Below are positions 11,101 through 21,357 of a stretch of 64,000 nucleotides of DNA, piece by piece. The notes under the pieces were generated by a model, which was not told the DNA's origin, made no database searches, and worked only from the letters and a program-made list of their open reading frames with translations. Both the position numbers and the translations under genes were made by a program. The first letter of the stretch is position 1. Each line of letters begins with the position of its first letter. The stretch is from the IMG/VR virus record IMGVR_UViG_3300045988_078326. One strand, written 5' to 3'. The DNA is from a virus.

Positions 11101-12102
11101 GCAATGATTTCTTTAATTAAAGGTGGAGGATTCGACCAGTTTAGTTCACGTATGGAGGCTATGATTCAATATATATGGATTACCTGCGATAAGAAAAAGA
11201 GAATTACTTTACAAAACCTTCCTGGGTTAATGAGATATGATCTTATCCCCTATGAAGAAAAGTTTGTGATGCCGAAAAGAGTGTATGAATTTAATAGGTA
11301 TCTAAAAGCAGAGTGTAAAGATCCTTACAATGTAGCAAAATATAAACTCGACGAAAGAGCAATCACCTTTCTCGTTGAAATTGATTGCGAGGATCTATTG
11401 GAAACAGATAATCTAGCATGGTATATTGACATAAAAGCCTGGGATAAAATTTATCAAAGTTACATGGACGTATTTAGAAATTGGATCTCTGAAAATAAAG
11501 AAACGATTTTAGATAATTTAAACACCACCATCTTTATGGAAGATTGGAAAAAGTATGCTTCAGGGAACATATCTTCTTGGGAAATGGAATCTCTATGTTT
11601 TTATTATCACGACCATGAGCTAGCGAATATTAACAATAGCAAATATGGATTTGTAGACTTCTTTAGCCTTCCAGAAGAACCTCAAGTAGATAAAGTATTT
11701 AAAAAAGGTGCTTCTTTAATTCCTATTTATAAACTGCATAAAATCTGCGGGACGTGCATTGCAAAAAATAAGGTGAAGAGTACTGTATATCTTCTTACAA
11801 CAACTGGAGTAGTAGCAGTTAAATTCAGACAAGAATACTTTGCTTTGTTTGATAAACAAACCTTCCAAAGAAACGCAGATGGAACAAAGAGAGTTGTAGA
11901 GAAGTCTTGGTTTAATAGAGGTAATATGATTGTTGTGCAAGGGATTAGACGAGGCGATGAATTTGTAACAAAGAAATATGCAAGTTCTGGAGGCCATCAA
12001 CTTTATCACATTGATGAAATTATCAATGGAACAGATCTAATCTTGAGAAGCGAAAGAAAACAAGGAGAAGATGAAGATGAAGATAGTAGCATTAATGGGT
12101 GA
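8200..12102 (+). CDS. dnaE: DNA polymerase III alpha subunit (DnaE-type), about 1300 aa
   Basis: ORF 8200..10980 has a PHP domain at the N-terminus, plus a polymerase core. It ends at TAG 10978-10980, and the same frame continues as ORF 11002..12102, which encodes the HhH/OB C-terminal region (ILFGLKGLSNVNNELIKTIVDNRPYVSLVDFYNRV...LIKGGGFDQF). It is therefore one gene with a sense TAG. Confidence 0.85.
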
Positions 12103-12622
12103 AGCAGGAAGCGGTAAGGATACTATTCTCCATAGAATTATGGAGAAGTATCCTTCCTATTTCAATGAAATTATTAGTTGTACGACTCGACCTCCTAGGC
12201 AGGGAGAGAAAGAAGGAGTTAATTATCACTTCTTATCCGTTGAAGATTTTATTAGAAAAATCTTAAATGGAGATATGCTAGAGGCTACTGAATTTAATGG
12301 TTGGCACTATGGAACAGATAGTCAAAGTCTAACAATAGATAAGATAAATATAGGAGTATTTAATCCAGAAGGAGTTAGATGCTTACAGGAAGATGAAAAC
12401 ATTGAACTGTATGTATTTTATGTGCGGGCCGCGGGTAAGTAGCGTCTTTTAAGATAGCTGAATAGAGAAGAAAATCCTGATGTAGACGAAATAATTAGAA
12501 GATACAAAGCGGATACAGAAGATTTTAGTTTTCTTAATGATATAAAATATATAACTCTTTAGAACAATACCTTAGATGATATTGATATAGCTGTTGATAC
12601 TATATTTGGACAATTCTATTAA
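12071..12622 (+). CDS. gmk: guanylate kinase-like nucleoside-monophosphate kinase
   Basis: P-loop GEAGSGKDT and motif SCTTRPPRQGEKEGVNYHF. The frame continues through three TAGs (12440, 12452, 12560) to TAA 12620-12622, giving a typical guanylate-kinase C-terminus. Confidence 0.65.
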
Positions 12623-12679
12623 ATAATTATATTAGAAATCACAATATATAGTGTTCAACAAAAAATATATTACAAGGAG

Positions 12680-14869
12680 TTGTATTATATGTTACAAATA
12701 AAGAAAAGAAATGGTATAGTAGTTCCATTTGATAGAGAACGAATTATCAACGCTATCAATAAAGCCTTCATCGAAGTAGATGGAGAATTATATGAAGATG
12801 ATACTGCAAATGATATTGCAGATGAAATTAAGTATGCAGTAAAAACTTCTGACGATGTGGTTTCTGTAGAAAAAATTCAAGACATGGTGGAAGATTTTCT
12901 TATGAAGTCTGAGCGGAGAGACGTTGCTAAAGCATACATTAGATATAGATATAAAAGAGAAATTGCCAGAAAAGGGCAAGACGATTTTATGAAAGCCTTT
13001 TCTGCCAAAGTGCAGGGTTCAGATATAGAGAATCAAAATGCTAATGTTGATGAAATGTCATTCGGCGGAAGAGTTGGTGCAGCTTCTGATTTGCAAATGA
13101 AGAAGTACGCTCTTGATTATCTTGTATCTAATAAATCACGCGCAAACCATGAGAATAATGAGATTTATATTCATGACTTAAATGCTTATGCAGTAGGTAT
13201 GCATAACTGTCTTTCTATTCCTTTTGATGATTTGCTTGCAAAAGGATTCAATACAAGACAAACTGATGTACGACCAGCGGGTTCAGTAAATACAGCTTTT
13301 CAACTTGTTGCTGTAATCTTTCAGCTTCAAAGTTTACAGCAGTTTGGTGGCGTTTCTGCTACACATCTTGATTGGACTATGATTCCTTATGTAAGAAAAA
13401 GTTTCTATAAACATTATATGGATGGATTGACATATATCGAACAAGTCATTAGCATGGATGATAGATTAAATAATCAACTGTCTATTGAAGATCCTATCTA
13501 TAAGGAATTTAAAGGCGCATATTCATATGCTATCGCTATGACAGAAAAGGAAGTTCATCAAGCGGTTGAGGGAATGTATCATAATCTAAATACTCTTCAA
13601 TCTCGTTCCGGCAATCAACTTCCATTTACTTCTATTAACTATGGAACTTGTACTCTTCCAGAAGGAAGAATGGTTACTAAAGCTCTTCTGGAAGTCTCTA
13701 TTGAAGGACTTGGTAGACTTCACAAGACTTCAATTTTCCCCTGTGGAATTTTCCAATGTATGAAAGGTGTAAATAGGAAGCCTGGAGATCCAAATTACGA
13801 TTTATTTAGATTAGCATTAAAGTCTACTGCCACTAGATTATATCCTAATTATGCTAATGTAGATTGGTCTGGCAATGCCGGATATGATGTAAACGATCCA
13901 AGTACATATTTCTCTACAATGGGATGTAGAACTGCTAATGGATTCGATATTAACGGCTTAAAGCAACAGAAAGACGGTAGAGGAAATATCTGTCCTGTTA
14001 CTATTATAATGCCAACAATAGCAATGGAAGCTAATGGTGACGTAGAAACTTTTATGAAACTTTTAGATATTAAGATCGAAGAAGCGAAAGATATGCTTCT
14101 TGAAAGATTTGAATATATCTGTGCGCAACCTGCGGATTCGGCAAAATTCATGTATGAAAATGGCTTAATGGCTGGATATGATGGAATTTCTACTCGAAGT
14201 GCTTTACAACATGGCACATTGAGTCTTGGGCAGATTGGATTGGCAGAAACTTTACAAATTCTTATTGGATGTGATCATACTGAGCCAGAGGGCATGAAAT
14301 TAGCAAAAAGAATAGAGCAGTTATTTAAAGATAGATGCGCAGAGTATAAAGAAAAATATAGACTTAATTTCGGAGTATATTATACTCCAGCCGAGAATCT
14401 TTGCTATACCTCTCTTAAAAAATTCCGTGATAAGTATGGTATCATTCCTAATGTAAGCGATAGAGAGTTCTTTACTAATTCTATGCACGTACCAGTATGG
14501 CACCAACTCTCTCCATTTGATAAAATTGATATTGAAAGTCAATTAACTGGATATTCTTCTGCTGGTTGTATTACTTATGTTGAGTTAGATACTGGCATGG
14601 AAAAGAATATTGATGCTATGGAGACATTAGTAAATTATGCTATGGATAAAGATATTCCATACTTTGCAATAAATGTTCCATGTGACACCTGCCTAAATTG
14701 CGGATATACTGGCGAGTTTAATGATAAGTGCCCTCAGTGCGGTAGTAAAGAAATTCAACAGTTAAGAAGGGTAACAGGCTATCTAACTGGTAACTACAAG
14801 ACCGCCTTTAATAAAGGAAAGCAGGATGAAGTAAACAATAGAGTTAAACATGTGGGGTATATGGAATGA
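12680..14869 (+). CDS. nrdD: anaerobic ribonucleoside-triphosphate reductase NrdD (class III)
   Basis: 729 aa with an N-terminal ATP-cone. The C-terminal zinc ribbon is CDTCLNCGYTGEFNDKCPQCGS, and the glycyl-radical motif is RRVTGYL. The real start is probably ATG 12689 after an AAGGAG RBS. No TAG codons. Confidence 0.85.
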   Translation: MYYMLQIKKRNGIVVPFDRERIINAINKAFIEVDGELYEDDTANDIADEIKYAVKTSDDVVSVEKIQDMVEDFLMKSERRDVAKAYIRYRYKREIARKGQDDFMKAFSAKVQGSDIENQNANVDEMSFGGRVGAASDLQMKKYALDYLVSNKSRANHENNEIYIHDLNAYAVGMHNCLSIPFDDLLAKGFNTRQTDVRPAGSVNTAFQLVAVIFQLQSLQQFGGVSATHLDWTMIPYVRKSFYKHYMDGLTYIEQVISMDDRLNNQLSIEDPIYKEFKGAYSYAIAMTEKEVHQAVEGMYHNLNTLQSRSGNQLPFTSINYGTCTLPEGRMVTKALLEVSIEGLGRLHKTSIFPCGIFQCMKGVNRKPGDPNYDLFRLALKSTATRLYPNYANVDWSGNAGYDVNDPSTYFSTMGCRTANGFDINGLKQQKDGRGNICPVTIIMPTIAMEANGDVETFMKLLDIKIEEAKDMLLERFEYICAQPADSAKFMYENGLMAGYDGISTRSALQHGTLSLGQIGLAETLQILIGCDHTEPEGMKLAKRIEQLFKDRCAEYKEKYRLNFGVYYTPAENLCYTSLKKFRDKYGIIPNVSDREFFTNSMHVPVWHQLSPFDKIDIESQLTGYSSAGCITYVELDTGMEKNIDAMETLVNYAMDKDIPYFAINVPCDTCLNCGYTGEFNDKCPQCGSKEIQQLRRVTGYLTGNYKTAFNKGKQDEVNNRVKHVGYME

Positions 14870-15339
14870 AGTATGCAGGTATTATAAAAAATGACTTTGC
14901 TGCTGCTCCCGGAGTATCCTTGAGTTTCTTTACTCAAGGATGCCCCCATAGATGTAAAGGGTGTCATAATCAAGAGACTTGGGATTTTGATAGTGGCAGA
15001 GAATTTACTCATGAAACTCTTAATTCAATCTTAGAAGGGCTAACTGCTAATGGAATTAAGAGAACTTTATGTATAATGGGCGGCGAACCATTATGTCCAG
15101 AAAATACATTTTTAACCCATCTAGTAATACAAACCGCAAAGGAGACAATTCCTGATTTGAAGGTTTATCTATGGACTGGATACTTGTATGAAGATTTAAG
15201 AAAAACAACAGATACAGTTATTTAGAATATACTTCAATTAACTGATGTGCTAATTGATGGGCCATATATTGAAAATGAAAGAGATATTACAGAGCCTCTA
15301 AGGGGTAGTCGTAATTAGAAGATAATCTACCTAAAATGA
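14866..15339 (+). CDS. nrdG: anaerobic RNR activating enzyme NrdG (radical SAM)
   Basis: CPHRCKGCHNQ (CxxxCxxC). The frame continues through TAGs at 15223 and 15319 to TGA 15337-15339, giving the conserved C-terminus ...LIDGPYIENERDITEPLRGSRNQKIIYLK. Confidence 0.8.
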
Positions 15340-15368
15340 TTTTCGTAAAAAGTATTTTTGGAGGAATA

Positions 15369-15878
15369 ATGATAGCAATAGCAAGCTATATCTATTTGTC
15401 TGTTGGTGGTATAGTTGGAGCTATTATGTTTTCCATTGGTTTATTAACCATACTAAATATGTAGTTTAAGTTGTTTACTGGTTCAGTTGGTTATATCAAG
15501 AGCAAAAATGATATAAAAGACAATCTTATTATTTTATCAGGAAATATCATTGGAGCGTGCGGGATTTTAGCTTTTCCGCACGCAGCAGCTCTATCTTTGG
15601 TCTCTGCTAAGATTGCAGTTCCGCTATATCTAGTTTTCCTAAAAGGAATTGTTTGTGGTATATTTATATATTCGGCAGTATCTTCATTTAAGAGAAATAA
15701 AGATTATATGGTGCCAGTTTGTGTAACAGGCTTTATATTATTCGGTGGAGAACATTGCATTGCCGATCTTTGTTATGCCTTGGCCGCTGGTGTGCTTTCT
15801 ATTGATATAATATTATTTCTAATAGTAGTTACATTGGGTAATTCTATAGGAGCAATAATTGTTGACAGAATACAATAA
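15369..15878 (+). CDS. short formate/nitrite transporter (FNT)-like membrane protein
   Basis: ATG 15369, with TAG at 15462. FNT-like blocks are LNMQFKLFTGS (compare LFTGN), NLIILSGNIIGA and FGGEHCIADLCYA (compare EHsIANmf). About 5 TM helices. It appears N-terminally truncated relative to FocA-type channels. Confidence 0.45.
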
Positions 15879-15914
15879 TTATGATATTATATTAAAAGAA
15901 AAGGAGGGCTAGAT

Positions 15915-16259
15915 ATGACTTTATATGAGTTAAATCAAGCTGGATATGCTTCTCTTCCAAAAATGACAAAAGCCGAGCTAGATACGGCTAAAGAAGATAT
16001 TATCACATTTTTAAAATCTCACAACTCACAATATTACATGATGCTTAATCATGATAATAAATACTTCACTTTATTTGTTTATGAAAATAATATAGACGTA
16101 GAAAAAATGGCACGTGAGATTATCTCAGTCTCCAAGTCTCTTGGAGAAATTAAATCAATAGAAGTAAATGGAGATATTATAGAAATTTGGATTCTATATG
16201 AAGGCAAATGTGATATGTACGCATTTTTCGACTATGCAAAAGGGGTGATACAAGTATGA
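15915..16259 (+). CDS. hypothetical protein
   Basis: 114-aa ORF with RBS AAGGAGGG, intact in the standard code. Confidence 0.45.
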   Translation: MTLYELNQAGYASLPKMTKAELDTAKEDIITFLKSHNSQYYMMLNHDNKYFTLFVYENNIDVEKMAREIISVSKSLGEIKSIEVNGDIIEIWILYEGKCDMYAFFDYAKGVIQV

Positions 16260-16522
16260 CAAATAGCATTATTGTTAATTATGATCCATTCGCGATGGAA
16301 TCTACTGTATATATCCTAGAAGATGGATTGCAAAAACAAATGAAAGTATGCTCTGATATTAACGGCCTGGCGGAAACTCTGGTTGGACTTTCTTACGGAA
16401 ACAATATATATAGCATACTAATTCATGCCCCTCTTGCAATTACAGGGGAAATAAAGAATTTTGTGCGAGATTTAGAAGCAAGTATGTATTCAAATAATAA
16501 AATTACAGTTGAGGGAATTTAA
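16256..16522 (+). CDS. hypothetical protein
   Basis: 88-aa ORF overlapping its neighbours by 4 nt. Confidence 0.4.
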   Translation: MTNSIIVNYDPFAMESTVYILEDGLQKQMKVCSDINGLAETLVGLSYGNNIYSILIHAPLAITGEIKNFVRDLEASMYSNNKITVEGI

Positions 16523-16766
16523 TATGGTTTATAATTTAAAGTCTACAAATACTTATAGAGTGCCAACCGTAGAAGATGCACTTAGACTGCGGAAATGGCT
16601 AGAAAAGACGGCAGTAGGAGAGTTAACCTCATTTAAATATGCTACTAAGTATATTAAGCAAAAGGGAGAAATAATTGAGGAGTATCAACTCGTTACTGCT
16701 ACAATGACTATCGACAATGAAAAAGAACCAGAAGGCGTTATGCCAATTACTATTACGGAGGAATAA
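16509..16766 (+). CDS. hypothetical protein
   Basis: 85-aa ORF. Confidence 0.4.
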   Translation: MREFNMVYNLKSTNTYRVPTVEDALRLRKWLEKTAVGELTSFKYATKYIKQKGEIIEEYQLVTATMTIDNEKEPEGVMPITITEE

Positions 16767-16767
16767 T

Positions 16768-17334
16768 ATGAGCGTATATTTCGAGAAAGTAAGTCGTTTT
16801 AATGACATTGATCTACCTATACCAACTCGCGCAACCGCAAATTCCGCAGGCTATGATTTTGTAGTTGCAGAAGATGTCGTTCTTCCTCCAATGAATTTTT
16901 TAACTTCTAAGATTCAAGATCATGTTTTTGAAAAAAATGCTGACAAGGATTTTTATGGGTTCGTAGACCCATTTACTCTTGATGATATGGCTAATCTTAC
17001 TAAAGAATTAAAATCCAAGATTACGCTAGTATCAACAGGAATGAAATGTCATTTAAATCCTGGGCAGTATTTAGAATTAAGCGTCCGCAGTTCTACTCCT
17101 CTTAAACACTGGATTATTTGCGGGAATAGCGTAGGTATTATTGATGCTGACTATTGCGATAATCCCGATAATGAAGGAGAGATTTTCTTTCAACTCGTTA
17201 ATCTATCTCCTTTTGCTATCCAACTGAAGCGAGGAGATAAGATTGGTCAAGGTATTATTAAAAGCTATGGGATTACAGATAATGATGCTGCGACTGGAGA
17301 AAGACTTGGCGGATTTGGAAGCACTTCTGTATGA
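16768..17334 (+). CDS. dut: dUTPase / dCTP-deaminase superfamily protein
   Basis: ATG 16768 after ACGGAGGAATAAT. Motifs ANSAGYDF and GIIDADYCDNPDNEGEIFFQLVN...GDKIGQGII match dUTPase motifs. Confidence 0.6.
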   Translation: MSVYFEKVSRFNDIDLPIPTRATANSAGYDFVVAEDVVLPPMNFLTSKIQDHVFEKNADKDFYGFVDPFTLDDMANLTKELKSKITLVSTGMKCHLNPGQYLELSVRSSTPLKHWIICGNSVGIIDADYCDNPDNEGEIFFQLVNLSPFAIQLKRGDKIGQGIIKSYGITDNDAATGERLGGFGSTSV

Positions 17335-17810
17335 GTAATTTATTATCATTAGACTAGAGCTCCAGAATCACGGGGTACGCGGTCTTTGAAGATAATAAGT
17401 TAAAAACATTTGGTAAATTTGTTGTCGAAGATAGTAATATAGATACTAGATTAGTAAAGATAAGACAAAAGATAAAAGATCTTATTATCTAGTTTAATAT
17501 AGATGAAGTCGTTTTTGAAGATATACAATAGCAAAATAATGTATCTAATAATGTATAGACCTTTAAAATTTTAGCGGAGGTCTATGGAGTTATTTCCGAA
17601 TTATTAGAAGAAGAGAAAATACCTCATTCAACGATTTTATCTACTTCATGGAAATCTCTTCTTGGGATAAAGGGTCGCACTAGACCAGAATAGAAAAAAA
17701 ATGCCCAGGATTATGTGTTAAATAACTATGGTACAAAACCAACTCAAGATGAAAGTGATGCGGTTTGTATCGGCCTTGCGCATATAAAATAGAATTAGTG
17801 CGCTTGGTAA
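17331..17810 (+). CDS. ruvC: RuvC-like Holliday-junction resolvase
   Basis: The ATGA overlap with dut gives the start. Translation with TAG as sense gives MSNLLSLD(Q)SSRITGYAVFEDNK...DESDAVCIGLAHIK..., with RuvC N- and C-terminal catalytic motifs. At least eight in-frame TAGs. Ends at TAA 17808-17810. Confidence 0.65.
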
Positions 17811-17824
17811 TTGGTCCAAATAAA

Positions 17825-17879
17825 AAAATCCTCCTTTCTTAACTTTAAAATACTTTGAGAAGTTAAGAAAGGAGGATTT
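17825..17879 (+). promoter_or_regulatory. 20-bp perfect inverted repeat sequestering the RBS of the downstream gene; terminator-like
   Basis: aaatcctcctttcttaactt (17825-17844), a 15-nt loop, then aagttaagaaaggaggattt (17860-17879). The right arm contains AGGAGG one nucleotide before ATG 17881. Confidence 0.55.
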
Positions 17880-17880
17880 T

Positions 17881-18312
17881 ATGTTTACATTTATAGCAGA
17901 ACATATAGTAGAAATTCTGTTTGGTCTAATTTCCGCAGGTGCTTTGGCTTTTTGTAGATATTTATATAAACAATTAATAGCTTACAAAAAGATGTTACAA
18001 GAGAAAGAGAATGATGATATAGCTGAATTGATTGACGAAAAGTTGAAACCTGTAGTAGAAGATATTGAAGAACTTCGAAGATATATACGGAGGATTGAAA
18101 ACAAAGAAAATCAAGACTTGACCTTAATTATAGCTTCGTATAGATTTCGACTTGTTCAACTGTGTAAAATATATATCAAACAAGGATATATGACGCAAGA
18201 TCAATATGACCAGTTAACAGAATTTTATAAACTCTATACCTCTCTTGGCGGAAACGGTTAGGCGAAAGAATATTACGAAAAAGCGATTGAGTTAGAAATT
18301 AAATCTGTATAA
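17881..18312 (+). CDS. membrane-anchored coiled-coil protein
   Basis: 126-aa ORF with an N-terminal TM and coiled coil. It continues through TAG 18259-18261 to TAA 18310-18312 (...GGNGQAKEYYEKAIELEIKSV). Confidence 0.45.
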
Positions 18313-18313
18313 T

Positions 18314-18348
18314 AAAAAAAATGGGGAACTCTTAATTGAGTTCCCCAT
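18314..18348 (-). terminator. bidirectional rho-independent terminator at the convergence of the + early and - late units
   Basis: Perfect 11-bp inverted repeat atggggaactc / gagttccccat with a 6-nt loop. It is flanked by an A7 run, which reads as U7 on the minus strand. It overlaps the stop codon of the minus-strand gene. Confidence 0.6.
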
Positions 18349-18658
18349 CCTTCTTTAAACGATTGAAAATTGAGTTAGTCATATTTATTATCTCTTGACC
18401 ATAAGTTGCTATCAAATCTGCTAGCAATTCCTCTTGTTCAAATGATAATTCTATCCCATAACTAAACATTGCAGCGTGTGTTAATTCATGACATAAAACT
18501 TTTTTCATCATCGTTGAAGATAATTCTTCATTGATATAAATACCTTTAGTTTTGCTATCGCAAGCTCCTATTGTTAATTGACCATCACTTCTAATTAACA
18601 TAGGATGAATAGGAGAAGTTAAGAATAATTTCCATTCTTCTCCATTTATATTAAGCAT
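18332..18658 (-). CDS. ImmA/IrrE-family (DUF955-like) zinc metallopeptidase
   Basis: 108 aa with HExxH in VLCHELTHAAMFSYG. Confidence 0.5.
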   Translation of the reverse strand: MLNINGEEWKLFLTSPIHPMLIRSDGQLTIGACDSKTKGIYINEELSSTMMKKVLCHELTHAAMFSYGIELSFEQEELLADLIATYGQEIINMTNSIFNRLKKDGELN

Positions 18659-19253
18659 GGTTTAAAGAAGATATTTTTGTAGCAAGAGCAGAGATCTTTT
18701 TCTCTAGGAGCTGTCTTTCTTCTGGACTTGCATCATCAATCATTTCTACTAAATCCTCACTTAATTCTTTCATATATTTGTCCAATTCTCTAATTTTAGT
18801 ATCCTTGTCTTTATGCAATTCTTTTGATTCCATATACATACGACGAGTAATTGGACTGCGGCCTTCGCGAGAATCTCTTAGTTCCATGGGATATTCTCTT
18901 TCGTTGTAATAGATTGGTTTTTCTCCATATCCTTTACGACTACCTGACATATCCTCCATGTATCTGCCTTGAGAATCTCTAGAGCGAGGATAATACATTC
19001 TGCCCCAATCGTCTCTATCCATATCTCTATCTGGAAGATAATATGGTGGCATCATTGGGATGTAATATTTCTTATGTTCCTCTTCTTTCTCCTCCATTGC
19101 CTTGACAATAGAACAGTAATACATCGCCTGTTCTAAGTCTTTTATCATATCAATAACTTCGCCTAATTCATGGGTATCTACATTATGAATATCGCTTAGC
19201 TATGATTGAACACATCCAATAAGAGTTTCTTTCATATGTTTAAGTCTTTCCAT
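18651..19253 (-). CDS. Tyr/Arg/Asp-rich low-complexity protein of unknown function
   Basis: ATG 19253 with RBS AAAGGGTGG. One in-frame TAG at 19200-19202. Extends ORF 18651..19148. The repetitive region reads ...YYPRSRDSQGRYMEDMSGSRKGYGEKPIYYNEREYPMELRDSREGRS... Confidence 0.4.
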
Positions 19254-19303
19254 AATTAAGCCACCCTTTCAATAATTAGATTTGCGTTTTGGACGTCGAT
19301 TGC

Positions 19304-19678
19304 CTAAGTAGAAATATTTTTTACGGCAATTTCAAAACAACATCCTCTTGGTACATCAATAAATATAGAACTTGCTACATTATTGTAGTCTCCTACTGCT
19401 GGAGCTGTAGATATCATAGTAGTAGAAGCTACACCTTCTCCGTTAATAGCAATAGCTAAAGAAATTGGGCCTATTGTTCCACCTGCGGCGATCGCAATAT
19501 TGCCGCTAAAGTGAGCTTTATATCTAGCTCTACACTGAGTAGATGTATTACCTTTTAATGTTACTAGTCCACTCCCAACGCGGTGTAGTAGGCTGTTGGA
19601 GCAGCCTACTACCGCATCGGTAAAAAGGACATTCTGATTAGCTTGTACTGTTTGTACGGCATTCGCAATAATTTCCAT
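19304..19678 (-). CDS. C1q/TNF-like (BclA C-terminal-like) jelly-roll domain protein
   Basis: 124 aa. The pattern NVLFTDAVVG...GLVTLKGNTSTQCRARYKAHFSG...ISLAIAINGEGVAS...SSIFIDVPRGCCFEIAVKN follows C1q-domain spacing. Confidence 0.35.
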   Translation of the reverse strand: MEIIANAVQTVQANQNVLFTDAVVGCSNSLLHRVGSGLVTLKGNTSTQCRARYKAHFSGNIAIAAGGTIGPISLAIAINGEGVASTTMISTAPAVGDYNNVASSIFIDVPRGCCFEIAVKNIST

Positions 19679-19707
19679 TGAACCAAATCTCTCCTTTTAA
19701 TTTCTAA

Positions 19708-20613
19708 TTAGCACCCGCAACTATTCATGCTATAGCAGCAGTTGGGGTTTGGTACTACGTAAGCGGGAATTGGATTATCACGACCTAATCTGCGGATGAG
19801 CTCGGCAGTTTGAGCTTCCTGATTAGCTGTAATAAAGTTATTCTGAGCCTGTTGAGATGCGGCAAGACGAAGAGCCTGATTCTCGTTTTGCAAATCAGAG
19901 ATTTTCTCCTGGCAGAGATAATCGAGAATTGCACGAGTTCCAGCGTTCTGGCTATCAATAATATCACGAGTATTATTAGCCATAGAAGTTTGAAGCGCAT
20001 TTGTATTAGTTGCTAGATTGTAGTTGACGTCGGCAAAACCTCTCTCAATCTAACGACCAGTCTCGCAGCAGCAATCTGCAATTTGGCGAGAAATAGCATT
20101 TTGATTTGTGAGATTATCAAAGCTTGCTTGCTGAATTGCAGATTTAGTATCGCAGCAACAGTTAGAGAGCTGTGTAGCCAAAGCATTTTGACCCTGCATT
20201 AAAGCTACATTAGTGCTGTTAAATCCTTGCTGTGTCTAATATCCGAGATTACATACTGCATTATCAACTCCATGGAATCCATTAGTTAAAGCATTATTCA
20301 GAGCATAAGTGCTGTCACAGATTCCCTGTTGAATAGCATTAATACCAGACTGGAGATTTTGGAAAGCAAAACCTTCATTAATGTCTGCGCGAGTTGCCCA
20401 GCCTTGGCCAGAAGGGGAGCCTAAACCATTGCTATTAGCTCCGTATCCACCAAAGCCTCCGAATCCGTTTCCCCATCCAGAGAAGCAGAATAGGAATAGA
20501 ATTATAATCCACCAAGCTCCTCCGTCATTCCAAATTCCGCCGTTGTTACGCTCATTACCACCTGTAGCAGCGGCGATGTCAGCTAAAGAGTATCCATTGT
20601 TAGAATTGAACAT
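19708..20613 (-). CDS. Gly-rich, single-TM, Cys-cluster protein of unknown function
   Basis: ORFs 20236..20613 and 19708..19983 share a frame. They are joined by sense TAGs at 20236-20238 and 20050-20052, with no other stops. It has a Gly-rich N-terminus, a TM segment WWIIILFLFCFSGW, repeated NALTNGF/NQNAI segments, and CCC motifs (SNCCCDTK, ADCCCETGR, NPNCCYSMNSCGC). Confidence 0.45.
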
Positions 20614-20637
20614 TTAAGTTCCTCCTTTAAGAAAATA

Positions 20638-20871
20638 TTAAAGGCCGAGCATTTTCTTAAAGTCAGCAAACTCCTTGTCATAGTCTAATCCTCTTTGGGA
20701 TAAAAGATTTCTAGCTATTTGTTCTATCTCTTCTGTTTTATTCTACTTGGCAAGATCTAACAAATTAGCTCCAAACGGATTATTCCCCATCTAGCTTTCT
20801 AGCATATTTAAAGTTAGTTGCTGAGGATTCTATCCATTCCTAATCATTTGAATTAACTACATTGGATTCAT
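20638..20871 (-). CDS. small hypothetical protein (about 77 aa)
   Basis: RBS GGAG 8 nt before ATG 20871. Two sense TAGs. Ends at TAA 20638-20640. Confidence 0.4.
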
Positions 20872-20883
20872 TTTATCGACTCC

Positions 20884-21309
20884 TTAAAAATCTAATTTTG
20901 GCTTTGATTCCTGCTATTGCGCTGTAGGCTACTTACTTGCCTATGGCGCAATTTTTTCTTTTAGTTGAGCAAGTACGGTTTCAAATTCTTCTCTAGTAAC
21001 ATACTGAGAAGGATTGACAACTGTTTCAACTGGAATATTCTTTAATTCATAAACATTAAGCGTTGAAGTTCCATCTAAATTTATCTATTTTGTATATATT
21101 TTTTTATTAGCTAAATCAGGAAAGAAAAATACAGAACCATCAAAGTCAATGCTAGTTGCCTTCACTTCTTCTATTGAAGAAACTGGGCGACCTTTAATTC
21201 CAATCTAGGGCTATTCCACATACTGCATCCTTTGTTGCGGTATATAAGGGACTGCCGCATACTAAGGCTGCTATTGTTGTGGCATATAGTATGGATAATT
21301 AACTGCCAT
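20884..21309 (-). CDS. Gln/Tyr-rich protein with very dense TAG usage
   Basis: RBS GGAGGTAAAACT before ATG 21309. Hand translation gives MAVNYPYYMPQQ(Q)QP(Q)YAAVPYIPQQRMQYVE(Q)P(Q)IGIKGRPV..., with about 9 TAG in roughly 140 codons and no TAA or TGA until 20884-20886. Confidence 0.45.
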
Positions 21310-21357
21310 AGTTTTACCTCCTTTAAAATATTCCCTTGGCCTTTCATTATTATATGA

